DNA from: an uncultured cyanobacterium
GTDB taxonomy: Bacteria; Cyanobacteriota; Cyanobacteriia; Cyanobacteriales; CAWCAG01
Length of the DNA: 64,000 nucleotides
Direction: 5' to 3'
Assembly (NCBI GenBank): GCA_963803805.1
Contig: CAWDOD010000002.1
Span: 288,001 to 352,000 of the forward strand
Position 1 is the stretch's first letter. Each line of letters starts with the position of its first letter. The position numbers were made by a program, and so were the translations under genes. This document shows positions 16,401 through 26,032 of the stretch, piece after piece. Below the pieces are notes generated by a model. The model saw only the letters and a list, made by a program, of their open reading frames with translations. It made no database searches and was not told the DNA's origin.

Positions 16401-18959
16401 AGCTTGTAGTTGTACTTGCTGCACTTTGACTTTATCTGCTAATTTCCTAGCTTGTTGCTGAACAACTTGGCATAAAGTGACTTGCTGTTGCCAGTCTCCC
16501 TTTAAATAAGCGGCTTCTGCCCCTAAAGAATGCAAAGACAAGGTTAAATCATAGTGGGTTTGCCAACTTTGGGATGGTAAAAGTGCCAACCCATTGTGGA
16601 AATACTCAAAAGCAGCTTCGTAGGCTGTTGCAGATCCTGCTTTCTGCCCAGCTAGTAAATTCAGCTTCGCAATATCATGCCGTTCCTTTGCTTCTATTGC
16701 CAAGGTAGCACCAAGGTTGAGGTGATCGACAATCTCAAACAATCTTTCTGTATTTGTATTTTGCCACAACTGCCGACCAATTTTCAAATGCACAGCTTGT
16801 TTTTCAGCTTCATTAATTAAAGCATAAGCTGCTTGTTGAATGCGATCATGGGCAAACTTATAAGCTTGTTGCCCTACGGGATAAACCAAGTCTGCTTGAA
16901 GCGCAACTGCTAATTCTTCTCTAACTTGCAATGCTTGCTGATCACAGATCATTACTAAAGTTTCTAAGTCAAAATGCGCTCCCACACAAGCTGCCAAACA
17001 CAAGACTTGTTGACTAGATTGCCGCAACTTCTGTATCTTGGCAATGGTTAACTCTACTACATTATCAGTGATGTTTTTTCCTTCAATCTCAGCCAGATTC
17101 CATTGCCAACCTGCCCTAACAGTTTCGTTGTCATCCAAAGAAGATGCAGAATAGGAAAACGTGATTAATTCTTCTTCATAAAGGGTTTTGAGAAACTCCC
17201 TAACAAAAAAAGGATTGCCTGCGGTTTTACGCAGTATCAACTCTGCCAAGGGTTGCACAAAAGACATCTTGCCTTGCAGGGTAGCCGCAACTAATTGCTG
17301 AATTTGCCCTAAATTCAAAGGAGTTAAGTTAATTTGCTCAACAATACCCCCTTGCTTACTAATATTTTCTAGGGTTAGCATCAAAGGATGAGTAGGACTA
17401 ACTTCATTGTCACGATAAGCACCAATTAAAAGTAGCCCACTTACCTTGTCAGCCATCATAATTTGCATCAGCTTCAAACTTGCTGCATCAGCCCATTGCA
17501 AATCATCAAGGAAGATTATTAAAGGCTGTTGCCAAGAACAAAAAGCTTGAATGAATTTACTAAAAACAAAATTGAAGCGATTTTGAGACTTTGTAGCCCC
17601 TAACTTAGTGACAGCAGGCTGGGAACCAATAATTAGTTCAACTTCTGGTATCACCTCAATAATAACCCTTCCCAAACTTCCCAAAGCCTGTAAAAGCTTG
17701 GTACGCCATTGCTGAAGCTGTTCTTTACTTTGACTCAAAAGCTGTTCTACCAATACCCGCAAAGCAGCAACAACGGCTGAATAGGGGACGTTGCGTTGAA
17801 ACTGCTCAAACTTACCAGAGATAAAGTGATGTTGCTGCAAGGCAAGGGAATTGCGAAACTGCTTAATTAAAGAAGATTTACCAATACCGGAGTAGCCTGC
17901 AACCAGAAGAAGTTCTGAATTATAAGGGGATGAGGGTGTAGAGTGATCAGGGGGTAGGAGATTTTTGTCACTACGATTTTCTGGGCTTAGGGTAACTCTT
18001 TCAAAGGCTGCTAATAACTGGGCAACCTCCGTTTCTCTACCATAAATCTTGTCCGGAATCATGAAGCGATTGGTAATATCCCTTTCACCTAATCTAAAAG
18101 CCTCAACTGTCCCCCTTTCCTGCCATTGCTGGCAACATTTTTGCAGATCATACCTCAACCCCAAAGCACTCTGATAGCGCTCCTCCGGATTTTTGGCCAT
18201 CAACTTCATCACAATATCTGCAACCACCTGGGGAACCTGTTCTTTACTGTTCCCTAATGCCCTTGGCATTTTAGCCAGATGACAATGTACCAACTCCATG
18301 GCATCTTGGGTTTCAAAAGGCAACCTTCCTGTCAATAGTTCGTAAAAAGTTACTCCAAGGGAATAAAAATCAGTGCGATAATCTAAAGCTGAATTTGTTC
18401 TACCCGTTTGTTCTGGAGATATATAAGCTAAAGTTCCCTCAAGAACATTGGGATCGCGGGATAGGGGATTTTCTCGGCTAAAAGTTGTAGAAATACCAAA
18501 ATCAATAATCTTAACCTGCCCCGTTTCTGGGTTAAGAAGGATATTACTAGGATTTATATCTTTATGAATGATATTACTGTGGTGAATTCCCCCCAAAATC
18601 TGGGTTATTTCTATAGCTAGGGGAAAAAACTCTCCTAAAGGTAAAGGATATTCCTTGGGTTGTTTCAGAGATTGACCACCAAAATCTTCCAAAACCAGCA
18701 CCAGAGTTCCCTGATGGTATTCTTGGCTATAAGCAGCGATCGCCCCAGGAATTTTTAGCTTACGAATAATTTCGTACTCCTTTTGGTAGCGATTCAATTC
18801 CTGGGGGTTGGGATATTCTTGCTTGAGGACTTTCAGGATGACACAAAGATCGTCTTTTTCGCGAATGCCACGAAAAATAAGGGAATTGCCACTGTCATAG
18901 AGTTGTTCAGTTAAGCAATAACCAGCAAGTTTTAACATGATTTTTTGTTGGTTTAGCAA
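13455..18959 (-). CDS. Trifunctional Ser/Thr kinase - AAA ATPase - GAF - histidine kinase sensor
   Basis: HKDINPSN/DFG kinase motifs, Walker A GYSGIGKS, Walker B IIFLDDLQW, GAF (LYLENN), AGVAHEINTP and HATPase boxes. Confidence 0.93.
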   Translation of the reverse strand: MLNQQKIMLKLAGYCLTEQLYDSGNSLIFRGIREKDDLCVILKVLKQEYPNPQELNRYQKEYEIIRKLKIPGAIAAYSQEYHQGTLVLVLEDFGGQSLKQPKEYPLPLGEFFPLAIEITQILGGIHHSNIIHKDINPSNILLNPETGQVKIIDFGISTTFSRENPLSRDPNVLEGTLAYISPEQTGRTNSALDYRTDFYSLGVTFYELLTGRLPFETQDAMELVHCHLAKMPRALGNSKEQVPQVVADIVMKLMAKNPEERYQSALGLRYDLQKCCQQWQERGTVEAFRLGERDITNRFMIPDKIYGRETEVAQLLAAFERVTLSPENRSDKNLLPPDHSTPSSPYNSELLLVAGYSGIGKSSLIKQFRNSLALQQHHFISGKFEQFQRNVPYSAVVAALRVLVEQLLSQSKEQLQQWRTKLLQALGSLGRVIIEVIPEVELIIGSQPAVTKLGATKSQNRFNFVFSKFIQAFCSWQQPLIIFLDDLQWADAASLKLMQIMMADKVSGLLLIGAYRDNEVSPTHPLMLTLENISKQGGIVEQINLTPLNLGQIQQLVAATLQGKMSFVQPLAELILRKTAGNPFFVREFLKTLYEEELITFSYSASSLDDNETVRAGWQWNLAEIEGKNITDNVVELTIAKIQKLRQSSQQVLCLAACVGAHFDLETLVMICDQQALQVREELAVALQADLVYPVGQQAYKFAHDRIQQAAYALINEAEKQAVHLKIGRQLWQNTNTERLFEIVDHLNLGATLAIEAKERHDIAKLNLLAGQKAGSATAYEAAFEYFHNGLALLPSQSWQTHYDLTLSLHSLGAEAAYLKGDWQQQVTLCQVVQQQARKLADKVKVQQVQLQAAMAQNKQLEAWQTALVFLKQLGVEFPQQPGEADLQQAFAEVDLQGKQPLELLQLPEMKDPAKLVAIKILGNVFSAAFQAVPAMFPLIVCRQVSLSIKYGNAAVSAFAYATYGLILCGIKEDFELGYQFGQLALGLLERDNARKVKTRTMQIVYSFLCHWREPLSNTLQPLQEAYKSAWETGDVEYGAYCAAVYWLHKFFLGEELGTLATGMAKYSEAIAQLKQETALNYHQVYYQVVLNLRGQSQQPCLLQGEAYDEVKMLPLHQEANDKTALYYLYFNKAFLHYLFEEYQQAAENITKAKQYLDGVTATLSIPLFYFYDALIQLAQPQSEELLWQVKVNQEKMEQWANRCPSNFLHKFSLVEAQRYHVVGDKSAAIDYYDLAIAQAKENQYLNEEALANELAAKFYFDWGKPRLALDYLKEAYHCYLKWGATAKVQALQTQYPQLQTKPPALSHISNTNITTTSKTLTSQLDLGAVLQASQAISGEIVLPKLLEKLMVILITNAGAQTGYLILETKGRLFIEAAKRIDQQQASILESISLKHNPNLARSIVNYVWHTHKDVVLDNAIAQAQFSNDPYIKNQQPKSILCTPLINQGKLSGILYLENNLTTGAFTSERLQILQLLSGEAAIAIDNARLYNNLEQKVAERTAKLSTTLRELEATQDELIQAEKMAALGQLVAGVAHEINTPLGAIRSSVQYIGDFLAQQLTQLPEFFQSLSEQQQATFLTLLQLSQENTLMVSGRERRKLRKAVTSVLEAEKIAKASNLANLFIDLGIYANIEPFFPVLKESDSEGFLKIVRQFARLQQSTRDINLASDRAAKVVFALKTYAHYDQSGEKRTINILDGINAVLTLYQNHFKQGVKLVCDYQHISPIQCYFDELNQVWTNLIHNAFQAMSNKGTLTITAWQEEEQIKVSITDSGEGIPTEIQSKIFQPFFTTKPPGEGSGLGLDIVKKIVKKHQGEIDFTSIPGKTTFTVSLPV

Positions 18960-19258
18960 TTTTCTTGAGAGAACTCTGATGCAACCTTAAAAAGCTTTCT
19001 TTTCTGCTAGTTTTTACTAAGCATAATCGATCAAAACTTGATTTTGTGATCTTATATTAACTTTTCTATAAATATTTTTACTTAATTATTTGTCCCGCCT
19101 TAACATTGCTTAATTCTTATTCCTGTGTTGCTGATATCAACTACAAAGATAAATCCTGTAAAAAAACACAACACATTTTCTTTTGCTAAGCTCTCAATAT
19201 GAGACAATTATATGCTTGCTAATTTAATTTTTAAGTTGCAACTGAAGAGTCAAATATA

Positions 19259-20434
19259 ATGCTAAATCCCAACTTAGAAGAAATCGAACTCAGTAAAGAT
19301 GAATACGAACGCTATTCTCGCCATATTATTCTGCCCGAAGTTGGCTTAGAAGGACAAAAACGTCTCAAATCAGCTAGCGTCCTTTGTATTGGTACGGGAG
19401 GATTAGGTTCACCGTTATTACTATATTTAGCTGCTGCTGGTATTGGTAACATCGGTATTGTGGACTTTGATGTTGTTGACAGTTCCAACTTACAAAGACA
19501 GGTTATTCACGGTACATCCTGGGTGGGTAAACCAAAAATAGAGTCTGCGAAGAATCGTATTTTAGAAATTAATCCCTACTGCCAGGTAGATTTATACAAT
19601 ACTCTGCTTAGTTCTGCTAATGCTTTAGATATTGTAGCTAAATATGATGTTGTGGTAGATGGCACTGACAACTTTCCCACCCGCTATTTAGTTAATGATG
19701 CTTGTGTCTTGCTAAACAAACCTAATGTCTACGGTTCCATTTTCCGTTTTGAAGGACAAGCTAGCGTCTTCAACTATCAAGATGGCCCCAACTACCGAGA
19801 CTTATTCCCCGAACCTCCACCACCGGGAATGGTTCCTTCCTGTGCTGAAGGTGGTGTTTTAGGGGTACTATGCGGCATCATTGGTTCTATCCAAGCCACA
19901 GAAACGATCAAAATCATCTTAGGTACAGGGAATACCCTTAGTGGCAGATTGTTGTTATACAATGCCCTAGAGATGAAGTTTAGAGAACTAAAACTACGTC
20001 CTAACCCAGAACGTCCGGTAATTGAAAAATTAATTGATTACCAAGAGTTCTGCGGTATTCCCCAAGCCAAAGCAGAAGAAGAGAAACAAAAAACAGCTAT
20101 GGATGAGATGACAGTACAGGAGTTGAAAGAACTCCTCGACAGTGACAAAGATGATTACTTACTCATTGATGTACGCAACCCCAATGAGTACGAAATTGCC
20201 CAAATTCCTGGTGCGGTGTTAATTCCTCTGCCGGAAATTGAAGAGGGCATAGGTATTGAGAAGGTACAGGAAATGCTTAATGGCCATCGCCTCATTGCCC
20301 ATTGTAAAATGGGAGGACGTTCTGCTAGGGCATTAGCTATTCTTAACCAAACCGTAGGTTTAGAAGGTACTAATGTTGTGGGGGGCATCAGGGCTTGGAG
20401 TCAGGAAATTGATCCTTCTGTTCCAGAATACTAA
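19259..20434 (+). CDS. moeB: Molybdopterin-synthase adenylyltransferase MoeB with rhodanese domain
   Basis: RYSRH, GTGGLGS, SNLQRQ, DGTDNF, C-terminal HCKMGGRS. Confidence 0.93.
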   Translation: MLNPNLEEIELSKDEYERYSRHIILPEVGLEGQKRLKSASVLCIGTGGLGSPLLLYLAAAGIGNIGIVDFDVVDSSNLQRQVIHGTSWVGKPKIESAKNRILEINPYCQVDLYNTLLSSANALDIVAKYDVVVDGTDNFPTRYLVNDACVLLNKPNVYGSIFRFEGQASVFNYQDGPNYRDLFPEPPPPGMVPSCAEGGVLGVLCGIIGSIQATETIKIILGTGNTLSGRLLLYNALEMKFRELKLRPNPERPVIEKLIDYQEFCGIPQAKAEEEKQKTAMDEMTVQELKELLDSDKDDYLLIDVRNPNEYEIAQIPGAVLIPLPEIEEGIGIEKVQEMLNGHRLIAHCKMGGRSARALAILNQTVGLEGTNVVGGIRAWSQEIDPSVPEY

Positions 20435-20486
20435 ATTATTGCTAACGGCTAACAGCTAATGGCTAATGGGTAAAACAATCAATTGA

Positions 20487-20550
20487 GTAAGGGCGGGTTG
20501 ATGAGTATTTTTGAGCAATTCCTAAGATTGATCTCGAATCCGCCCCTACA
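20487..20550. repeat. REP/MITE-like palindromic element with adjacent heptamer repeats (gctaacg/gctaatg at 20441-20469)
   Basis: gtaagggcggg...ccgcccctac. Confidence 0.55.
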
Positions 20551-20583
20551 CACCCTAACCCCCCTACACCCCTAAATTTCTAA

Positions 20584-21117
20584 ATGACTAACATCCGTTC
20601 AAAACTCCCTACCTTCCTCCAGCGTACCGTTAGTTTCACCGCAGCTACCTCTTTGCCTATAGTAGGAGTAGCTGCACTTTCTGCCCCTAGCTATAGTCTG
20701 GAAGCAGATAGTTGGAATCCTTGGCAAGTTTGTGCTATAGAATTAATCAACAGTAATATTTCCCACGAACAAGCTGCCGCAGCTTGTAGTTCAGCAATTG
20801 AACCAAAGGATTTATCCTTTTGTACCATTAAGATTAATTCCCTCACTCCGGTAGATAGTAACATTGCTCTTGCTGCTTGTATTCGAGTGAGAAGACCCTT
20901 AGAATTGGCTAGTTGTGTTGTTGATATCAACAAAGACACAGATAATCCTATACCTTTAGCTGTGGTGGATCACTGCCGCCGCAGTTTGTTACCCATACGC
21001 TATGCAGAGTGTGTCATTGGCTTAGATCGAGAAGTTAACTTTTCCACTAGCCAAGCTTTAGCAACTTGTATTAATGCTGAGGATTTTCCTCGCGTTTTAT
21101 ATCGTACTGGCAACTGA
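20584..21117 (+). CDS. Secreted Cys-repeat hypothetical protein
   Basis: Signal peptide plus ~4 repeats of A..AC....(R/E)P..L..C. Confidence 0.75.
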   Translation: MTNIRSKLPTFLQRTVSFTAATSLPIVGVAALSAPSYSLEADSWNPWQVCAIELINSNISHEQAAAACSSAIEPKDLSFCTIKINSLTPVDSNIALAACIRVRRPLELASCVVDINKDTDNPIPLAVVDHCRRSLLPIRYAECVIGLDREVNFSTSQALATCINAEDFPRVLYRTGN

Positions 21118-21127
21118 AATATAAATC

Positions 21128-22180
21128 ATGAAGTTTAGTGAGATTCTTAACCACATAACTACTCCTAATGAAGATAATAGCCTGGGTCAACACAAACAAC
21201 TAGACCCAGAAATTCATGCTGTTGCAGCGGTAGATGAGGCAGAATCGGGAACTATTAGTTATATAGAAGGAGCAGGATTTGCTAGGTTTATAGCTAAGAC
21301 GGCTGCAAGTGCTTTAATTTTGCCTTTGGATGTAGAACTACAACAACAAGCTAATGCTAAAGGTATTGCTTGGGTAGCCACATCCCAACCCCGACTGGCA
21401 TTTGCTAAGGCGATCGCCCTTTTTTATCAACCTTGGCAACCGAAGCCGGGAATACACCCTTCAGCAGTTATTGATCCTGGTGCAACCATTGGTAAAGATG
21501 TTTATATTGGCCCGAATGTGGTAATTTCAGCCGAGGTAACTATCGGCGATCGAGTCTCTATCTACGGCAATGTAGTTATTTATCCTCAAGTAGAAATTGG
21601 TGCTGGCACAACCCTACACGCCAACTGTACCATCCACGAACGTAGTAAAATTGGTGCTAATTGTTTTGTTAATAGTGGGGCTGTGATTGGGGCAGAAGGA
21701 TTTGGTTTCGTCCACACCCCAGAAGGGCTTTATAAAATGCCTCAGTCTGGTTATGTCGTCTTAGAAGATGGTGTCGAAGTGGCTTGCAACACAGCTATAG
21801 ATCGTCCTGCTTTAGGGGAAACTCGCATCGGCAAAAATACTAAAATTGATAACCTTGTTCAAGTAGGTCATGGTTGTCAAATTGGTTCAAACTGTGCTAT
21901 ATCAGGACAATCTGGTATGTCTGGGGGAGTCGAACTTGGTAACAGAGTCATCCTCGCAGGCCAAGTTGGGATATCCAACAAAGCAAAACTAGGTGATGGT
22001 GTGATCGCCACTGCCCAAGCAGGTATTCACAAAAATGTTGAATCAGGGCAAATCTTCTCAGGTAGCCCTGCCATTCCTCACCCAGTCTTCCTCAAAGCAG
22101 CAGCTATTTATCAGCGTTTACCGGAGATGTATAAAACATTAAAAAGCCTTAAAAAGCAGTTACCAATTGATAATCGCTAG
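21128..22180 (+). CDS. lpxD: UDP-3-O-(3-hydroxyacyl)glucosamine N-acyltransferase
   Basis: Hexapeptide repeats, GAEGFGF, IDR, TKIDNLVQVGH. Confidence 0.95.
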   Translation: MKFSEILNHITTPNEDNSLGQHKQLDPEIHAVAAVDEAESGTISYIEGAGFARFIAKTAASALILPLDVELQQQANAKGIAWVATSQPRLAFAKAIALFYQPWQPKPGIHPSAVIDPGATIGKDVYIGPNVVISAEVTIGDRVSIYGNVVIYPQVEIGAGTTLHANCTIHERSKIGANCFVNSGAVIGAEGFGFVHTPEGLYKMPQSGYVVLEDGVEVACNTAIDRPALGETRIGKNTKIDNLVQVGHGCQIGSNCAISGQSGMSGGVELGNRVILAGQVGISNKAKLGDGVIATAQAGIHKNVESGQIFSGSPAIPHPVFLKAAAIYQRLPEMYKTLKSLKKQLPIDNR

Positions 22181-22234
22181 TTAATAATAGGAAAGCGTGT
22201 ATTATTTACCTATTACAAGCTTTTCTATTACTTA

Positions 22235-22789
22235 ATGCTCAACTCTCTTTTAGGATTAGATGCTGCGCAACTTAATCTTTGGCAAATGGCACTCAGGGCT
22301 GCCTTGGTTTATGTTTTAGCCCTTGTTATGTTACGTTTAGGGGATGATCGTCGCTTCAGTGGTAAATATGCAGCTTTTGATGTAATCTTAGGTATTATTT
22401 TAGGTGCAACTTTGAGTAATGCTATCACGGGAACAGCTCCTTTTTTCCCGACCCTAGTAGCAGGAGGAGTTTTAGTTGTTGTACATTGGCTTGTGGCTGA
22501 ACTTTGTTTTCGTTTTGAAGCTTTTGATCGCGCCATCAAAGGTACTCCCCACATCGTCATTAAAGACGGCGAAACTAAACGTAAAGCTATGGCAATCACT
22601 CGCTTGAATGAGCAAGATTTAGAAGCAATTATTAGAACTCAAGGTAAACTGAGTGATCCTCACCAAGTTAAAATAGCCCGCGTCGAAAAAAGTGGTGATA
22701 TCAGCATAATTCCTGAAAAAACTCCTCCTCAAGTCATCGAATTTACTGTAGAATCTGGAATTCAGACTGTTAAAATTCAGCTTAATTAA
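22235..22789 (+). CDS. DUF421/YetF-family membrane protein
   Basis: Three TM helices, FDVILGIILG, EKSGDISII. Confidence 0.85.
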   Translation: MLNSLLGLDAAQLNLWQMALRAALVYVLALVMLRLGDDRRFSGKYAAFDVILGIILGATLSNAITGTAPFFPTLVAGGVLVVVHWLVAELCFRFEAFDRAIKGTPHIVIKDGETKRKAMAITRLNEQDLEAIIRTQGKLSDPHQVKIARVEKSGDISIIPEKTPPQVIEFTVESGIQTVKIQLN

Positions 22790-22986
22790 ATTCAGAATAA
22801 TTTTTTTGTTAAATGTTCCCTCTAAAACAGTTCTCTTTTTAAAAGATGACCTAAAATAAAAGCCTAATGGAGTAGAAATGGCCACTCTACTGCTTGGGCT
22901 TAGTGCAATCTAATTCTGTATATTTCTCCCTCACACCACTGTCTTAATGTGCTTAATTCTTCACAAGGGGAAAGGAGATCGCAAAC

Positions 22987-24363
22987 ATGAGCAACTACCC
23001 AGATTTTTCTACCTACGGCTATCAAGTCGAAGAGGAAATCAAACAAAATTGCGCCCCCGGTTGTATTTTATATCGGGCGACGGAAATAGCAACACAAAAA
23101 CCTGTATTAATTGAACAGTTTTCTCTCAGTGAAGCTAGAGGAAATTGTGAGTTAGTTGTTGAAGTATTACAGCAACTAAATTGTTCTGGAGTACCTACCT
23201 ATTTCGATTCTTTGATAACTTCTGAAGCTTTTTGTTTAATCCGCCCAGAAACAGGAATTCCTTCTTTAGCTAGCCAGAATAACTTAACTTATCAAGAAGT
23301 TAAGCAAATCGCTATAGGGGTTTTGCAAATATTAGTAAAACTGCAAAAGCAACCTCTTCCTCTCATTCATCGCCAGATTCAACCAGAAAATATTCTCTGG
23401 CAAAATTCCCAGGTTTACTTAGTTAATTTTAGTTTAGCTGTGGTAGTAAAAGAAGACTTAAAAATTAACAACATTAATCAGGGGACTTGGGGCTTTGTCC
23501 CTCCGGAACAATTTCTCCATCAGCCTTTAAATCTTGCCTCGGATCTTTATAGTTTAGGAGTAACAATTATTTGCTTATTAGCCGGCAAAAAATCCACAGA
23601 AATTGCTGATATTATTGACGATACTCGAAGCATTAATTTTGATTTTCTTGTTCCCAACTTAAATCCTCGCTTTGTTGATTGGTTAGATTGTATGGTATCT
23701 CCTAGCACCAGAGAACGTTATGAAAATGCGGCTGAAGCTTTAGCTGTTTTGCAAACTATTGACTCCATTGCTTATCAAAAAACAACTTCCCAAAAGAGAA
23801 ACAACTCATCTCTAATTCCCATGGTGGCTGCAAGTTTTGCTGCTTTAGCAGCCTTGATTCCTATTAGCATTTATAGCCAAAAAGCGATCTTTAGTAATAG
23901 CGATCAATTAGGTTTAGATAAGACTACTAACTTAATTGAACAAGAAGAGAAATCTCCTCTTCAAGGGGAACAAGCCAAAAAGCAGCTATTAGCAACAGGG
24001 AAATGTCAAGATTGTAATTTAGCTTGGACTGATTTAGGAGGGGTAAATCTAGCAGGAGTTGATTTGAAAAGAGCAAACTTAGAAGGGGCAAATTTGGTAG
24101 GTGCGAATTTAGAAGATGCTAACTTAATAGAATCTAATTTAAAGTCAGCTCATTTAGAAAATGCCAACTTAATTAATGCTAATCTTAGGGGGGCAAACTT
24201 AGAAATTGCTAGCCTTTTTAGTACTAACTTATCTGGGGCTAATCTAAGCTATGCTAACATCCAAAGAGCCAATCTGATGGGGGCTAATCTGAAGTATGCC
24301 AAACTATGGCAAGCAGATGTTCAAGGGGCAATGATGCCTAATGGAGTTAATGTTAGTTATTAA
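22987..24363 (+). CDS. Ser/Thr kinase-like protein (degenerate catalytic motifs) with TM segment and pentapeptide repeats
   Basis: IHRQIQPENIL, LVNFSLA, GTWGFVPPEQ, SDLYSLG; C-terminal A(N/D)Lxx repeats. Confidence 0.85.
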   Translation: MSNYPDFSTYGYQVEEEIKQNCAPGCILYRATEIATQKPVLIEQFSLSEARGNCELVVEVLQQLNCSGVPTYFDSLITSEAFCLIRPETGIPSLASQNNLTYQEVKQIAIGVLQILVKLQKQPLPLIHRQIQPENILWQNSQVYLVNFSLAVVVKEDLKINNINQGTWGFVPPEQFLHQPLNLASDLYSLGVTIICLLAGKKSTEIADIIDDTRSINFDFLVPNLNPRFVDWLDCMVSPSTRERYENAAEALAVLQTIDSIAYQKTTSQKRNNSSLIPMVAASFAALAALIPISIYSQKAIFSNSDQLGLDKTTNLIEQEEKSPLQGEQAKKQLLATGKCQDCNLAWTDLGGVNLAGVDLKRANLEGANLVGANLEDANLIESNLKSAHLENANLINANLRGANLEIASLFSTNLSGANLSYANIQRANLMGANLKYAKLWQADVQGAMMPNGVNVSY

Positions 24364-24368
24364 AGCCT

Positions 24369-25895
24369 ATGCTAGCTAGGGTTTGGAGTGCATCTATTGT
24401 TGGTATTAATGCTGTTCAAGTTGGTGTCGAAGTTGATGTGTCGGGAGGGCTACCTAAAACTGTAGTAGTGGGTTTGCCAGATGCGGCGGTTCAAGAATCG
24501 CGAGAAAGGGTGAAAGCAGCCTTGAAAAATGCAGATTTTGCCTTTCCGGGAGGCAACATCGTTATCAATCTTACCCCAGCAGATTTGCGTAAAGAAGGTC
24601 CTAGCTTTGACTTGCCTATTAGTGTCGGAATTTTAGCCGCTTCAGGACAGGTAAATGCCCAATTATTGGGGGATTATTTATTTTTAGGAGAAGTTTCCTT
24701 AGATGGCAGCCTCCGGGCGATCGCTGGGGTTTTACCCATTGCCGCTAGTGCCTCAGAATTTGGTATCACTGGTTTAGTTGTTCCTGTGGATAATGCCCAG
24801 GAAGCGGCGGTGGTAGCAGGAATTTCTGTATATGGATTTCAACATATCTCAGAAGTTACCGACTTTCTTAACAGGCCAAATCAATATAAACCAGTAGTCT
24901 CAAACCCGCAAGAAAAATTAGGACAATCCCAGGTTTATGAACCAGATCTAAAAGATGTGAAAGGACAAAACCATGCCCGTCGTGCCTTAGAAATTGCTGC
25001 TGCTGGAGGGCATAACCTGATTTTAGTGGGGCCACCTGGTAGTGGTAAAACCATGTTAGCCAGACGCTTACCAGGCATTCTACCGCCATTGAGTTTCCAA
25101 GAAGCCTTAGATGTGTCGCAAATCCATTCCGTAGCTGGTTTTCTCAAAGATAAAGGTTCTTTAGTTACTAAGCGTCCTTTTCGTAGTCCTCACCACTCTG
25201 CTTCTGGCCCTTCTTTAGTTGGGGGTGGAAGCTTTCCCCGTCCTGGAGAAATATCCTTGGCGCACCGTGGGGTACTATTTCTCGATGAGTTAACAGAGTT
25301 TAAACGCAATGTTTTAGAATTTTTGCGCCAACCCTTAGAAGATGGCTTTGTGGCCATTTCTCGCACTCGCCAATCCGTCGTCTTCCCTTCCCAATTCACC
25401 CTTGTAGCCAGTACTAACCCCTGTCCTTGCGGTTACTACGGCGACCCCATCCAACAATGTACCTGCTCTCCTCGCCAAAGAGAACAGTATTGGGCCAAAC
25501 TTTCTGGTCCTTTAATGGATCGCATTGATTTACAAGTATCTGTAAACCGCCTCAAACCAGAAGAAATGACTCGCCAAACCACAGGAGAACAATCAGAACC
25601 CGTTAGAATTAGAGTTCAACAAGCCCGCGATCTTGCCTCACAACGTTTCCAAACAGAAAAAATTCAGTGCAATGCAGAAATGAAAAGTCATCACCTACGT
25701 CACTTTTGTCAACTTGATGATGCCAGTCGTAACATCTTAGAAGGGGCGATTCGTAAATTAGGTCTTTCTGCCAGGGCAATGGATCGGGTATTAAAAGTAG
25801 GGCGGACTATTGCCGATTTAGCAGGGGAGGAAAATATGCAAACTGCCCACCTAGCTGAGGCAATTCAATATCGTACTCTTGATCGGGTTCAGTAA
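24369..25895 (+). CDS. comM: YifB/ComM Mg-chelatase-like AAA ATPase
   Basis: VQESRERV, GPPGSGKT, PFRSPHH, PGEISLAHRGVLFLDE, CPCG. Confidence 0.93.
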   Translation: MLARVWSASIVGINAVQVGVEVDVSGGLPKTVVVGLPDAAVQESRERVKAALKNADFAFPGGNIVINLTPADLRKEGPSFDLPISVGILAASGQVNAQLLGDYLFLGEVSLDGSLRAIAGVLPIAASASEFGITGLVVPVDNAQEAAVVAGISVYGFQHISEVTDFLNRPNQYKPVVSNPQEKLGQSQVYEPDLKDVKGQNHARRALEIAAAGGHNLILVGPPGSGKTMLARRLPGILPPLSFQEALDVSQIHSVAGFLKDKGSLVTKRPFRSPHHSASGPSLVGGGSFPRPGEISLAHRGVLFLDELTEFKRNVLEFLRQPLEDGFVAISRTRQSVVFPSQFTLVASTNPCPCGYYGDPIQQCTCSPRQREQYWAKLSGPLMDRIDLQVSVNRLKPEEMTRQTTGEQSEPVRIRVQQARDLASQRFQTEKIQCNAEMKSHHLRHFCQLDDASRNILEGAIRKLGLSARAMDRVLKVGRTIADLAGEENMQTAHLAEAIQYRTLDRVQ

Positions 25896-26032
25896 AAGTA
25901 ATTATTTAAGCAAGAAGAGTTTATCGAAACTTTATGGTTTATCCTTAATTCTTCACTGAATCTTGACCTAAAGCTTTGTAGAGAAAGCTTATACTTAACC
26001 TCATCAGGAAGAAGTCAGGGTCACTACAAATT

